A stretch of DNA of 64,000 bases from Anthoceros angustus (GCA_010909165.1 VJWM01000107.1:744001-808000), one strand, 5' to 3'. Shown: positions 36,300-49,774, counted from the stretch's first letter. Numbers and translations: made by a program. Notes: a model not told the origin generated them from the sequence alone.

Positions 36300-39214
36300 G
36301 TCCTGGCCCCGCCGGAATGGGTGGTCCAACTCCCCCGATCCAGTGGTGCACCCAATCGGATGATCCGTGAGGCGGGCCCTCCTCTCCCGAATCGTCACAC
36401 ATCGCGGTTCGACAACCGCTACCACGACGCCATCCTCCTCCGCCTCCTCGGGTCCTTCACGGTGGGGCCACCACCATCTGCTCCCCTAGCGTAAGTCGAA
36501 GGGGCTCCTCCGCCTCCTCCGCCTCCCTCGAGGTCTGCCTCGACTCCCAACTCGTGAGTCCGGCTTATTTCGAGTCCGCCGCCTCCTCCGGGTCCGGACC
36601 TCGTGGTCCGGACGACACGGGTCCGGACTCGTGGTCCGGACTTATTACGGGTCCGGACTTGTGGTCCGGACTTATTACCGAGGTCCGACTGTGGTCCGGC
36701 CTGGGTCCGGACAAAGTCCGACTCACGCCCACCCGGTTTCCTCCCTCAGGACTCCTCCGTGGCTCTCCTCAAGTCCTCCACTGCTCCCGATCGCCTCAAG
36801 TGACTCTGCTGGCCCCTCCTTCCATGGTGAGGTGCGGGTGCTTACCTCGATCCGCCTCCCTGCTCTCGCCTCCTCCGTGCTCCTCTCCGCCGCTCCGTCA
36901 TCTCCAAACAGGCCACTAGGGTCCCTGTCCGCCCCTGTGGCCTTCATCTCCTTCTCGAGCCTTCCAGGTCCGTCCGCTTGGCCGCCGAGAGGCTTCTCGT
37001 CAGAGCTCTGGTAATAGGCAAAGTCCGAATCGACTTGTTGAATTGCCTCTTCCACGTGTGCCCGAGCACCCGATACTCCTCCGCCATAAGTGTTCCGGAG
37101 CCGGGCGCTCGGCTTGTTGGGCCACCTCTCCGCCAGATTTGATACCGAGGGGGTCAGACACGCGAGGCTACAAGGCGGCCTCGGTCACCTCCTGCTCCTT
37201 GGGCCACCTCTCCGCCGCCTCCGCTGCTTCCTCTCCATTGCCACCATTACCATAGCGCAGCTGCTCCTTCCGCCTTTCTCACCGGACCAGCAGCTTCTTT
37301 CGCCCAGTGCTCGCGCCTCCGCTCATTCCGGCCTTTAGCTCCGCCTCCTCCGCCTCCTCTCCAGTGACATACCTCCGTCCGACTCGGACTTCCTCCGCCT
37401 CCTTCAGCGCAACGCCCAACTCCTTGGATAGTCGCCGATTTTCCTCCGCCTCGACGGAGCCGAGGCACTCTATTTCGTGCTCGAGGTCGTGGATTCTCTC
37501 GTTGAGAATCACCGCCGCTCCGACGCATCTTGGAGTTGTAGCTCCAGGTGTCCTTGCTGCCTCCATCTGCCGCCGCCTCTACTGCACTGCATTTCGAGAT
37601 CCCCTATCTCCCGAGTGCCGGCCTCCATCTCCTCTCCGCCGCCTCCTCTCCGCCGCCTCCTCTCCGCCGCCTCCTCTCCGCCGCCTCCTCTCCGCCGCCT
37701 CCGCCCGCTTGGCCTCGAGCCTTGCCGCCTCTTCCGCCTCTTCCGCCTCGCTCGCCTCCTCCCGAGTCCGCTTGGCGCCAAGGCTTGCCGGCCGCCTCCT
37801 CCGCCTCCTCTCCGCCGCCTCCGCTTTGCCGGCCTCCTCGAGTTCCACCATCCTCCTCGGGTGGCCTCCACTTCCGGGTCTTCTCCACTGTACAGAGACC
37901 CCAAAGCATTCCGTCCATGACGAGCTGACTCGCCGTGTTTCTTCCACGGCCGGTGAGGCCCCCACAAAGTCCGTAGTGGGAGCCGGCATTTCTCGGTCCG
38001 CCAAGGACCTCCATACCGCACCGAGTAAGTCCGGACTGTGGTCCGGACCTAATCGGGACCCTCGTCCCGAGTGGTGAGGTCCGAGTCTCACCCTCTTGGC
38101 CCTCTTGGCCTCTAACTCCTTTGTGCCCTCTTTCTCCGGGGCTCGGAGGAGGTGAGGGGTCCGGAGCAAGCTCTTTTGCCCCTTCGCGGGACAGGACTGC
38201 CTGGGTGGGCCGCTGACCTCCGCTCCTTGGGCCACGTCCCTTCGCCTCCTTACCGCCTCTTCCGCCTCTTGACCCGGTGGGTAAGGCACCGCACCTTCCG
38301 AGGTGCGCTGGTAGGCGGCACCGCCTTCCGCCTCGGCTCCCGCTGAGTTCCTCAGCCCGGCCGTGGTTGTTGGCCGCCCGCCGGCCGGAGCCGCCAACGC
38401 CTCCCAGATCGCCTCCCTCCGCCCGAGGGGGCACCAAAAGGAGGAAGGGGAATCCTCCCAAACTTCCTGGGTGGTGAGGGGTTCGCCCACGATGGAGTCC
38501 GGAATCCTCCCACCGTCCTCCTCCCGAGTCCGCTTGGTCAAGGACGACCCCCACCTCGCCCTTGCACGCCTACTCGGGGGCCCCCTTCCCGAGCGCCTGC
38601 TCAAGCTCTCCTCCTTCAGAGCTCGAAATGTCCCCATACATGAATCGTATGGGTCACCGATGGCGAGGGCTTCGCTCCTTAGCTTGCGTGCCTCGATCAA
38701 CCGGCGAAGATAATCCTTCCCCCTCTTCCCACTGAGCGCATGCGTGAATACCACAGTTATCACCAAGGTGATCCACCTTGGTGAGCGGTTCCAATGGACA
38801 ATGATCCGGCTACCGCCCTTACTCGACCGGCGCAGATCGGATATCAACCATCCGTTGGTTGTCCGCTGCGTTCCAGCCTCAAGACGCACCGTGGCGGCCC
38901 TATCTTCCCTTCGCCTTAAGGGGCTCGCACCACGCCCCTTCTTCCTCCTTCGGCGGTTGTAGGCCCTCGGGACCTCCAAGGTCCATCGCCTCGGGTCCTC
39001 CGGAGGTTCTTGGATCGGACCTCCTTGTTGATCGCCAAGATCTTCCGCAAACTCCGGACTAGTGACGTTGTCAAAGGTCCGACCATTTGGAACACGCCCG
39101 ATGCCACTCCCGCACCAATTCCCCGCCTCCAGCGGGCCCAAGTCCGGATAGCGCGGTCACAATGTTGCGCTCCACGAGGGTCCATGGCTCCTGACTCCGG
39201 CTTTTGGGTGCCAT
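36300..39214 (-). pseudogene. Athila-type ORF2 (putative plant transposon protein / 'env-like' position) with an E/A/R-rich coiled-coil tail, frameshifted
   Basis: ATG at 39214 MAPKSRSQEPWTLVERNIV..ELVREW (LVREFY-like motif of Athila ORF2), then IIVHWNR..HAL.G, and a later AEEAEEAARLEAKRAEAAE tract. The 3' end is uncertain. Confidence 0.65.
36590..36722. repeat. GTCCGGAC-core short tandem array (ancestral-size copy)
   Basis: About seven GTCCGGAC cores with variable spacers. Confidence 0.9.
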
Positions 39215-39859
39215 TGCTTTCTCCTCCTCTTGTCAGGGCCGGGCCGAGTCCGGCACGATGTTCCTCGCTGTCACGCTCCAACCTTGACGGTGCGCGCGCT
39301 CACTGGCCCAAAAGATAGCGCCAGAGAGCCGGATTGCGGAGCGCAAGGGACTGAGGATTGTCTGAGGTCGCGCAGTAAATGACCTCCTCCTTGGCCAAAG
39401 TAAGCTGGCGGAAGGCGCCTGTCCGAATCGCTGTGGGTCCGCATGGCTTACTCGACCCCACGCTCGCCACTTACGCCCGCGCCGCGGGCGTGAATACCGC
39501 TATAACGGCCTCGCAAGGTTACGGCCCGACGCATGCCCGACCTCCACTCGGGGCCGCCCACGTGGCGCCGCTCGTCCTCACGCCCGCCTCCTAGGTTACT
39601 TTCTGGCGTACTTATCCTATTTTGACTGGAGTTCCGGACTTATCCGTTACTCCGTAGTCCGAGCTTGCCATAGTGGTACCGGGGTCCGTTGTTCACTCAG
39701 TCCGAGTATACTCCGAGCCTCGTCCGGCGCTACCCCAATTTATTCCTCCTTTTCCGCCTTATTTATCCTTCAATCCTAAAAAAAACCCTACTTATTTCTT
39801 AACTCCCGAGGAAGTGCATAGCCCACATACTCCCTTCTCATCTGGCGCCTCGCCAACAC

Positions 39860-42800
39860 TAAGCATGATACTTCTTCACCCGCCACCCGCTCACCCGAGT
39901 GGGCAGCCTCCATCTAGTCGTGGACGGACCCGTTGTCATATACTTGCACCACTTGGTACGGACCCATCCATCTCGTGAAGTTTGCGAAAATGCATGTAAC
40001 GACTATCATAAAGGAGGGCCAGTCCCTTCCTTTACATACTCGATTCCGCAATGGCGATCGTGCCAAATCTTTGTTGGTTTTGCACCAATCGCATCTTCAC
40101 CGAGCTTCTTCCTGCCCCTCCGTGGCCGAACAAACCCCAAGAGTCGCCTGGCTTTCCTCCTCCGCCTCCCTTCCATCATTACTCGAAAAGTGGGCACTTC
40201 AAACCCACGGCATTACGGAGAGTGTCCGTAGGTCAAGAAGTAAGGGGTCCGTTGTGTGGTCACCTTCTCTGTCAACGCCCATGGATGGCGCTGGTATCCA
40301 TCATGGGCGTAGTTCATCGTGAGTTTATTCAGATCCCGCAGATGAGCCCATTTGTCTTCTCTGTCACCATTGGCCTTAGGATTGTAGGGTGCCGTCTTGC
40401 GATGATTGATGCCGAAATACTCCGTCATGGCGGCCACCACATCATTAAGGAAATGGGTTCCCCTATCACTTACCAACCGCAGGACATCCGCGGGTTATGA
40501 TGTTCTCGCATGTGAATTTGGCCACGGTATTTTGGAGTCCGCTTGTCGCCACCGCCTCTACCCACGTGCGAGTCCGTTGCCACCGGGATGTATCTCCTTT
40601 GTGTGTGTCTTGTCGAGGTCAGATAGGTCCAACAAAGTCAATACCCCACTTTTCGAAAGGTGCGGTGCCAATATCGGTACTAGCGGCCATCGTGTCGGGG
40701 TTGGCTTTCCGATCCGACAAGCATCACACTTCACAAACCGGTGGGTGTCCCCATACATTGTTGGCCACCAAGATCCCGCCCAAATCTTTTGGTGGTGACT
40801 GTGCGTAGTGTCCTCCCCCAATCCTTCGCATTCCCCGACGACCGCCTCCTCTCGCCGGCAAGTACCTTCGTTCTACTCCGTCCCCTAATTTGAACACACA
40901 CCGTTGTACATTCAAGGGTCGAGCATAGTGCACGAATGCCTCCCTCCGTCCACGAGTCGATTTGGAAGCTCCATTCCCAGGTACCGCTCTATTTCTTCGT
41001 AGGTTTGACGGCCGCGGACCCTCCCTTCTCCGCTCGCTAAGGCTGCTCGTAGCTTGGGGTTGTCATTTGGGCTCCTCGGTTGTACTTTCTGCGGCAACCA
41101 ATGTCTCATCCGGAACGCATCTTCCGATCTCTCAACACCGCCTGCTTTTCAATCGTGATGAAATCGCATTTTGGTCTGCCTCCCTTGTCTTGTTTCCACT
41201 TGACGTGAACTCCTCAGACAATATCCACCTTGCTATCCGTCCGGACAGTCCGCCTTATTCACCGATGCTTCAACAAAGTGGTCTACATAGAACACAAACT
41301 CACCGGGTAGGTGTAGTGTCGAATTTCTTGACAAGATATACCATACCCTGCTCAGTAGTTGTGTATTTTCGTTCGCGGGTGAGCTGTCGTCAGTAGTATA
41401 CGGATAATCCCGCGCCCTTCGTCCGCTCAAGACTACTCCGATAGCAAAAGCGGACACTCTACATACACATGAAATTTCTGCTCCCGGTCCTCTTAGAACC
41501 GTGCGCTTACCAAGGTGTTCTCAGAATCGAAGGCCTCCTCTCGCCTCCGTGACTGTCCAAACCTCCTCCTTCCGCAGAGTTCCGCTCAACTTAGCCGCCC
41601 TCTTGCAAAGTCCTTAATAAACCGGTAGTATCCCACCATTCCTGTGAAACCTCTCGGCTCCTTTAGGTTCGTGGCCGGAGAGACTGGATGACCGGACCTT
41701 GTCTGGTCCACCTCGATTCCCCCGACACCGATGTCCCAAAGAAGATTCCCTCCGTCATTCCAAAGTAGCATTTCTCGGTGTAGGCTCAATTGAGTCTCCG
41801 CAGCCCAAGCACCTTCTTAGATGCCCAAGGTGTTTGTCCCGCTCCCCATGCACACAAAATCATCCAGAATATCTCCATGAAGTCCCTCGAAGTCACGGAA
41901 GGCGTTGGTCACCATACGCATGAACGACCGGCGCTCGGTCATCCCAAAGGCACTTCTCTTGTAGGCAAACGTACCCCACTCCGTAGTGAAGGTCGTCTTG
42001 TCCCACACTTTAGGTGCAATTGGTTGTATCCGGAGTAGCCATCCGGAAGGAGTAAGTAGTCCGTCGCCCACCTTGTCCAAAATGTCGTCACGAATGGCAT
42101 CGGAAGTGGTCCTTCTCCGCTGCGTTGAGCTTCCTCCAATCTTGGCATACCCGAATTTGTCGGCTGCTTTCTTGGGAACCACCACAAGGCGACCCACTCA
42201 TGCTGACGATGGGGAAAATGATGTCGCCTCCGTGTACTTATCAAGGACCTCCTTCACCTTGATCGAATACTTGGGGTTGAGCTTGTATTGTCGGATTCGG
42301 ACTGGCACCGCTCCTGGCTTCAAATCGATCTTATGCTCTCCCCACTTCTTCGGAATGCCCTTCATGTCCGTGACCTTGAAGGCGAACACCTCGCAAAACT
42401 CCCCCAGCAGCTGCTTTAGTCCTTCCTTCAGGTCCGGAGGCATGCCTTTCTTAAACTTCAGGAATTTGCCTGGCCGGACCTCCACTTCTTCCACGTCGTC
42501 CGGGTTCACCGCCTCCTGCTCCCTGCCTCGGCCCAAACCCCTCGTCCTCCTCTCGGGATCGTCCTCTCGCATCCCCATTCTCTCAAGAGCTCGTCGGAGG
42601 TGAATCGTGTTACTCCTTCGATGTCCGCTTTTCCTTGGTCCGACTCTTCTTGCCTCCCCTCAGCCGGTCCGACCTCCTCTTCACTTCCTTCCTCCAGTGG
42701 CGTTTACTCAAAACAATCAACCACTTCGCCAAAGGCATCCCAGTAGTCCATCTCCTCCTCGGACCCGGATCTTGGCGAAAGGGTACGCCTCCTCGGAACT

Positions 42801-45343
42801 ATCTTGTTCGTCGCTGGAGTCCTCCGAGGTATACCCCGGTAGTGCTCACGCTTTTCCCACAATAGGTGTCCTTGCTCCGGTGATAGCAACCCTCCCTTCT
42901 CGCACCTTAGGGTCCCACCCACCGGCTTGAAGTGAATCTCCTTCCTTCCAAAGTGTAGCTGTCTGGCCAACCCAGCCATGGCCGCCCCAAAGAACACCTC
43001 ATACCCTAATGGTCCGGCGGTTTGATCACAACAAAATCCGGTTTGTAGGGTGCGCCTATGGTGGCCAAGACTCGGTTAACTCCCTCACGGATCTCTTCTT
43101 GACATGTCCGCCATTCTCGAGTCTTCGTTGAGGTTGAAGGATGTGAAGCCCACCGTGCCGTGGCTGATGAGGTTGACTCGGACCCGTGTCCAACGGTACA
43201 TCCTTGATGATACATCCAATCTCCACTTGTACCATGGGCGCCTGGGTCCGTATGGGACACCACCCTCACTTCCACTGCTACCCTTCACGGCTTTGGTGCT
43301 CCCGAGGCTGGGTTTCCCTAACGGCCCGACGGACCTCTTGTCGGTATTTGGGTTATCCTCGTGTCGAAAGGACACAAGGTGTCGATTCATCATCGTCCGC
43401 CATTAAAGGTGAGGCTTCTACCCCAATCGAGGATCCTGCTGTCCTCATCCTCTCCCGGTCACTGTTCGGTATTCTCCGGATGCTTGCGCATTTCCTCCTG
43501 CAACATCTCGGTCACCTCCGGACTACGTCCGGAAATCGCCGTGCGGAGGCACCGTCCTTCTCCTGTCCTGGGAGAACTTCCTTGGGTAATCCCTCGGCGA
43601 GCTGCCCACCTCCTTCATCGGTCGGATCCTCTGCTGGTATTTCCGTTTGATTGCCTTCCTCGGCGTCCGTGACGCTTCCTCCAGCCTTGTTCTTCTTCAA
43701 CTGGCGCCTTTCTCGTCGCTCCTTCCTTCGGCTACGAGTAGACACCTCCAAGATTTCCACGCCCGACTCCCTTCCTTTCGACACCCCCACCGTACCTTCT
43801 TGTTCTTTTCCATCTCGCGTACCTCTGGGAATCTCTTCCCACTCCGCCAACTGAGCATCTTCGACTTGCCGTACGGTAGCCTCTTAGGAGGTGGCGTTGG
43901 TGGTCGGGGTTCTCCGCTTGGTGGCCATATCCCCTTGCGGGGTTGGGACATAGCATCGCCATATGCCCACCGCTTGCGCCGCCACACCTCGTCCCCATTA
44001 CCCCGCCTGGGTACGGACACGCGTTGGAGTAATGGCGGATTCCGCAGCCCAACAGACCACGGCCGACGGAGGATACGAAGGGCTCCCATGCGGTCTTTGC
44101 ATCGGTGGGGCTGTATGACGGACCTCCGGTTGGCGGATACATGGTTTTGGGATATCGCGGCCCGGAGGGGCTTCACAGCGATAGGCCTCTTCCCATTGCT
44201 CCTCGGCCTCCTCCTCGTATTCGTAGTCCACTTGATGCACCGGCCTTGAGGCGGTTGGACTTCGAATGGCGTTGTCGGCACACGGCACACGAGATGCGTC
44301 GCCGTAGTCGGTGTTTTCCGCCGCTCTCGGTCCTTAACCTGGTTTATCGCCAGGTCCTCTACTCTCTTTATCACTTTTCCAGTCCTCCGCACTGCCACCT
44401 CCTTTGAGGGAGTCGGGTCCGGAGCTTCTCGGACCGTCTGGTGTCACCACCTCCTTCTTACCGCTTCTTTTAGCCGGGCCTTCTTGCTCTTCTTGCGGGG
44501 ATACTCTTCCTCGCTAGAGACCTCTCTCTTCTTGGACGACCGCTCCTCCTCAAGACACCTCCGATTGGTCTTCCTCCTCCTCAAGACTCTTCCTCCTGAG
44601 TCCCGAACCCCGCTTCTTCTTCTTCTTCTTGCCTCCTTGAGCGGATTTCTTTATCCTCGATGTAGCGATTCCTCGTAGTTTTGGCCGCTCGACCGCCTTG
44701 CCCACGTCCTTCCAGCGCAGACGCGGCTCGGCCATGGGTTTGGCTAGACCGCCGAACCACCGCATCTTGCATGTATGGGTTGGATGCCGATCCTCGGGCA
44801 TAGAACCGCTCGATGTACGAGCCCAGCTTCTCCTTCTTCCTCGCTTGATTTTCCAACTTTGATAATACATACCCCTCCCGGTCGATCCTCGAAACCGTTC
44901 TAAGAAGGCATTTTCAAAGCTTCAAACGAGGCGGGTGGGGCATTCTCCGGTCGGTACTTTCTCCGATACCATTGAGCATGTCCCCTGAGAACCCCTTGGA
45001 AAAGCTGGATGAGTGCGCGGCCGCCCTCTCCGTTGAAGTTGGCTTTGGACACGAAGTCCTCCACAAAGGTCTCGCATCCCGCTCCTTCTTCCCTCCGAAT
45101 ATGGAGTACGCTTGTTTGGTCGAGGTAGGGGCCATGGTCACGCCATCGAAGGGCGTGGTGTCCTACCTTCTTCCGTGCCCCTTGTACCCGTACTCGTCTT
45201 GGTCCGACACCGACCACGTTCTCCCTCCTCCGATCGACGGTGCTCTCGTTGGGTTTGACGCCTCTCTCCCCGGCTCGGAGAGCACGCGAGGTGACCACGT
45301 CCGATCCTCGACGGTTCACTCTTGACCGTCGCTCGACCGCCAC
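39860..45343 (-). pseudogene. gag-pol of the Athila element, many 1-nt frameshifts
   Basis: gag FVEDFVSKANFNG..LFQGVLRGHAQWY; knuckle ~44.2 kb; protease D(T)GSGVNLI ~43.15 kb; RT GEHKIDLKPGAVPVR..DGYSGYNQ..KTTFTTEWGTFAY..ILDDF; integrase H..H..GSWWPTMYGDTHRFVKCDAC..FEKWG, VSDRGTHF; GPY/F-like tail ending ~39860. Confidence 0.93.
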
Positions 45344-45402
45344 GCATTCACTTACCTTCTCTTCCTAAGGACGCACTTTGCGACCACGTAATCGATTTCA
45401 TT

Positions 45403-45417
45403 CCCGCAACGGCGCCA
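45403..45417 (-). promoter_or_regulatory. Primer binding site complementary to the tRNA-Asp 3' end
   Basis: Minus strand TGGCGCCGTTGCGGG, 3 nt from the LTR's terminal CA. Plant tRNA-Asp ends CCCCGGCAACGGCGCCA; this PBS is typical of Athila. Confidence 0.88.
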
Positions 45418-45978
45418 AAATGTGGCGGACTTTTGCCGATGGCCCGGCGCACAATCCGTGTCGTAGGAAGAAGTCCGTTCCCAAGGGAATGATAGGCCCG
45501 TACTGCTTTGGTGATTCCTTAGCGCTGCTCTCAACACACACACATACTCCTAACTACTCAACGTTCACCGACAGTCTATGGCTAAACGTTTAGGGACCCG
45601 TCGCGTCCAGATGCTCACATCCCCTCACGCATCCGGTCTTCCTCTCTCCCTCACGCTACACCTCGCCTTAGAAAAGACGCGGGTTACAGCCCGACCTCCG
45701 TCCGGGCCTCCGTCCGGGCTCTACACGCCTCCCGAGTTCCTCCGGCCACACGTTCGTCGTTTGTCGGGCCGCTCGACGAGCACGGTCACCGCCACCCTTC
45801 CCCCGCACACCACAACGCTAAGTCCGCTGGGACCTTGATCAATCTCCCGAGCCGCCGCGGCTCGGACTCAGACTCACGCAAGAAGACTCACAAAGGTGCA
45901 AGAACGCGCATCAACACCAAGAGAAAGATGCTTTACTAGAGCGCCCCTCTTATCTGCGCCCATGGCGTCTTTATTACA

Positions 45979-48900
45979 CCCCTATTCGAGCCGATAGCCC
46001 GGTATACCCTAATCGGCCACCTACCACCTATTTCCCCCCTATCTCCTTCCATGTTGGAAGGTCCTGGGCCCCGCCGGAATGGGTGGTCCAATCCCCCGAC
46101 AGTTGTGGTGCACCAATCGGATGATCCGTGAGGCGGGCCCCTCCTCTCCCGGAATCGCCGTTACGGCGGTCGACAACCGCCGTTACCACGACGTCATCCT
46201 CGCCTCGGTCCTTCGCCGGTGCCACCACTATCTGCTCCCTAGCGTAAGTCGAGGGGCTCCTCCTCCTCCTCCTCCTCCTCCTCCTCGGTCCGGACTTGTG
46301 GTCCGGACTTGTGGTCCGGACTTGTGGTCCGGACTTGTGGTCCGGACTTGTGGTCCGGATGACACGGGGTCCGGACTTGTGGTCCGGACTTACACGGGTC
46401 CGGACTTGTGGTCCGGACTTGTGGTCCGGACAAAGTCCGGACTTGTGGTCCGGACTTGTGGTCCGGACTTGGTCCGGACAAAGTCCGGACTCACGCCCAC
46501 CCGGGTTTCCTCCCTCACGGACTCCTCCGTGGCTCTCAAGTCCTCCACAAAGGTCTCGCATCCCGCTCCTTCTTCCGTTGGCCCCTCCTTCCATGGTGAG
46601 GTGCGGGTGCTTACCTGTCGCATCCGCCTCCTCCTCCTCCTCCTCCTCCTCCTCCTCCTCCTCCTCCTCGGTCCGGACTTGTGGTCCGGACTTGTGGTCC
46701 GGACTTGTGGTCCGGACTTGTGGTCCGGACTTGTGGTCCGGACTTGTGGTCCGGACTTGTGGTCCGGACTTGTGGTCCGGACAAAGTCCGAATCGACTTG
46801 TTGAATTGCCTCTTCCACGTGTGCCCGAGCACCGATACTCCTCCGCCATAAGTGTTCCGGAGGGGGCGTGCCCGGCTTGTTGGGCCACCTCTCCCAGTTT
46901 GTTGAGCCGGTCAGTATCACGCGAGGCTACAAGGCCTCGGTCACCTCTGCACCGCCGCCGTTGCTCCACCCGCCTCGCCCCGTGCTTCCTCTCCATTGCG
47001 CCATTCCGCCATAGCGCAGCTGCTCCTTCCGCCTTTCTCATGGACCAGCAGCTTCTTTTCGCTTCCGGTGCTCGGCCTCCGCTCATTCTCCTTAGCCTCC
47101 ACCTCCCTCCAGTGGTGACCTCCGTCGACCCCGGACTTCCTCCAGCTCAGGGCAACGCCCAACTCCTTGGATAGTCGCCGATTTTCCTCCGCCTTGACGG
47201 AGCTGAGGCACTATTTCGTGCTCGAGGTCGTGGATTCTCTCGTTGAGAATCACTGCCGCCCGACGCATCTTGGAGTTGTAGCTCCAGTGTCCTTCGCCCT
47301 CCATCTGCCGCCTCTCCTCTACTCCTGCACTGCACGGAGATCCCCTATCTCCCGAGTGCCGGGCCTCCATCTCCTTGCCGGCCCTTGCTCGCCCATAGCC
47401 ACTGTGCGGCCTTCGAGTTAGCCTCGGGCCGACTTTCTCCACCGGCCCGATCACGTCTCAGAGTGATCCCGCCGCTTGCCGCACTCTTCGCCGCTTTACG
47501 GCCGCCCACTTGGCGCTGCCAGCCGGCCGCCCGCCAGTCCCGAGCTCTCGCTTGTGCCGGGCCTCTTCCGCCTCCCCGCGCCTTCGCCGCAAGGTCCTCC
47601 GCCCGCTTGGCCTCCTCGAGCTTGCTTCACTGCTCAGACAAAGAACCTTGGCCCGGCCGAACCCCCGCCACCCACGCTTCCTTCCTCGATCCGAGCGAGG
47701 GACTCCGCCTTTTCCCCTCGGCCTTCACTTGCTCTTGAGTTCCACCATCCTCCTCGGGTGGCCTCCACTCGGGTCTCCACTGCACTACAGAGACCCCAAA
47801 GCATTCCGTCCATGACGAGCTGACTCGCCGTGTTTCTTCCACGGCCACAGTGAGGCCCCCACAAAGTCCGTAGTGAGCCGCCTCGGTCCGCCAAGGACCT
47901 CCATACCGCAGCCCCGAGTAAGTCCGGACTGGGTTCTCGGACCTAATCAGGGACCCTCTCCCGAGTGGTGAGGTCCGAGTCTCACCCTCTTTGGCCCTCT
48001 TGGCCTCTAACTTTTTGTGCCCTCTTTCTCCTGGGGCTCGGAGGAGGTGAGGGGGTCCGGGAGCAAGCTCTTTTGCCCCTTCCTGTCGGGGACAGGACCG
48101 GCTCGGGTGGGCTGCGCTGACCTCCTCCTTGGGCCACGCCCCTTCTCGCCTCTCCTTACGCCTCTTGCCTCCACCAAGGGGTGGTACGCACCTTCCGAGG
48201 TGCGCGTAGGCGGCACCGTCTTCCGCCTCTTGGCCCCGCTGAGTTCGTCGGGGCTCGGCCGCCGTGGTTGTTGGTCGTTGCCGGTGCGGAGCCGCCAACG
48301 CCTCCGATCCCCTCCCTCTGCCGCTCGGAGGGCACCAAAAGGAGGAAGGGGAATCTCCTCCCAAACTTCCTGGGTGGTGAGGGGTTCGCTCACGTATGGA
48401 GTCCGAATCCCTCCGTCGTCCTCCTCCCGAGTCCGCTTGGTCTTCAAGGACGACCCCCACCTCGGGCGCCCTTGCACGCTCTACGGGGCCTCCACCCGAG
48501 CGCCTGCTCAAGCTCTCCTCCTTCAGCTCGAAATGTCCCCATACATGAATCGTGTATGGGTCACCATGGCGAGGCTTCTCGCTCCTTAGCTTGCGTGCCT
48601 CAACCGGCGAAGATAATCCTTCCCCCCGCCTTCCTTCACCGGAGCGCATGCAGAATACCAACAGTTATCACCAAGGTGATCCACCTTGGTGAGGTGTTCC
48701 AATGGACAATGATCCGGCTACCGCCTTACTCCCAGATCGGATATCAACCATCCGTGGTTGTCCGCTGCGTGCCTCGATCGCCCGTGGCCGGGCCCTATCT
48801 TCCCTTCGCCTTAAGGGGCTCGCACCACGCCCCTTCTTCCTCCTTGGGCGGTTGTAGGCCATCCTCGGGACCTCCAAGGTCCATCGCCTCGGTCCTCCGG

Positions 48901-49747
48901 AGGTTCTTGGATCGGACCTCCTTGTTGATCGCCAAGCATCTTCCGGGCAAACTCCGGACTAGAGTTGTCAAAGGTCCACCATTTGGAACACGCCGATGCC
49001 ACTCCCGCACCAATTCTGCTTCCTCCACCGGGGCAAGTCCGGAGATAGCGGGTCACAATGTTGCGCTCCACGAGGGTCCATGGCTCCCAGACTCCGCCGG
49101 CTTTTGGGTGCCATTGCTTCTCCTCCTCTTGTTGCAGGCCGGGCCGAGTCCGCCGCACGATGTTCCTCCTTCCGCTCACGCTCCAACCTTGACGGTGAGC
49201 GCTCTGTCGACAGGCGCCCAAAAGATAGCGCCAGAGAGCCGGATTGCGGAGCGCAAGGGACCGTGAGGATTGTCGAGGTCGCAGCAAATGACCTCCCTCC
49301 TTGGCCGCGTGGAAGTAAATCGGCGAAGGCGCCTGTCCGTCAGAATCGCTGGGTCGCATGGCTTACTCGACCCTACGCCCGCTTACCCGCCTTACGCGCG
49401 GCGGCGTGAATACTGCTATAACGGCCTGCAAGGTTACGGCCCCACGCATGCCCGACCTCCACTCGGGGCCGCCACGTGGCGCCCGTCATCCTCACGCCTC
49501 CGCTCCTAGGTTACTTTCGCGATTTATCCTTTTGACTGGAGTGGGTTCCGGACTTATCCACTTACTCGGCGTAGTCCGAGCTTGCCATAGTGGTAGGGGT
49601 CCGTTGTTCACTCGAGTCCGGAGTATACTCCGAGCCTCGTCCAAGCGCTACCCCAATTTATTCCTCCTTCCGCCTTATTTATCCTTCAATCCTAAAAAAA
49701 ACAAAACCCTACTTATTTCTTAACTCCCTGTGGAAGTGTATAGCCCA
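45979..49747 (-). mobile_element. Second, 5'-truncated Athila internal region (ORF2 through PPT) sharing the 45421-45978 LTR
   Basis: Colinear with 36209-39825 at an offset of ~9.8-9.9 kb; ORF2 ATG at 49114. Homology stops at GAAGTGTATAGCCCA (~49747), just short of the pol stop. Confidence 0.9.
46287..46790. repeat. Expanded 13-bp (GTGGTCCGGACTT)n arrays at 46287-46490 and 46669-46790, each preceded by (CCT)n
   Basis: Perfect 13-bp units directly visible, with at least seven consecutive units from 46681. Confidence 0.97.
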
Positions 49748-49774
49748 TGGGTCACCATCAAAACCTCATCACTC

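Larger units (their letters stand above)
35588..45978 (-). mobile_element. Near full-length Ty3/Gypsy Athila-type LTR retrotransposon: 5' LTR 45978-45421, PBS, gag-pol, ORF2, PPT, 3' LTR 36208-~35588
   Basis: Two homologous ~560-620-bp LTRs begin TGTAATAAAGA on the minus strand. Domain order is gag-PR-RT-RH-IN, the PBS is complementary to tRNA-Asp, and there is an extra sense ORF after pol. Confidence 0.92.

Noticed and set aside
36300-39214. True retroviral-type envelope gene
   Set aside because: No convincing signal peptide or transmembrane segment was seen; only the position and an Athila ORF2-like motif are supported.
45403-45417. tRNA-Asp gene
   Set aside because: Only the 3'-terminal ~15 nt including CCA are present, next to an LTR, which makes it a PBS.
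46028-47174. Functional repeat proteins (SGLVVRTCGPDLW / TTSPDHKSGPQVR)
   Set aside because: These arise automatically from a stop-free 13-bp unit open on both strands; unit numbers differ between copies.
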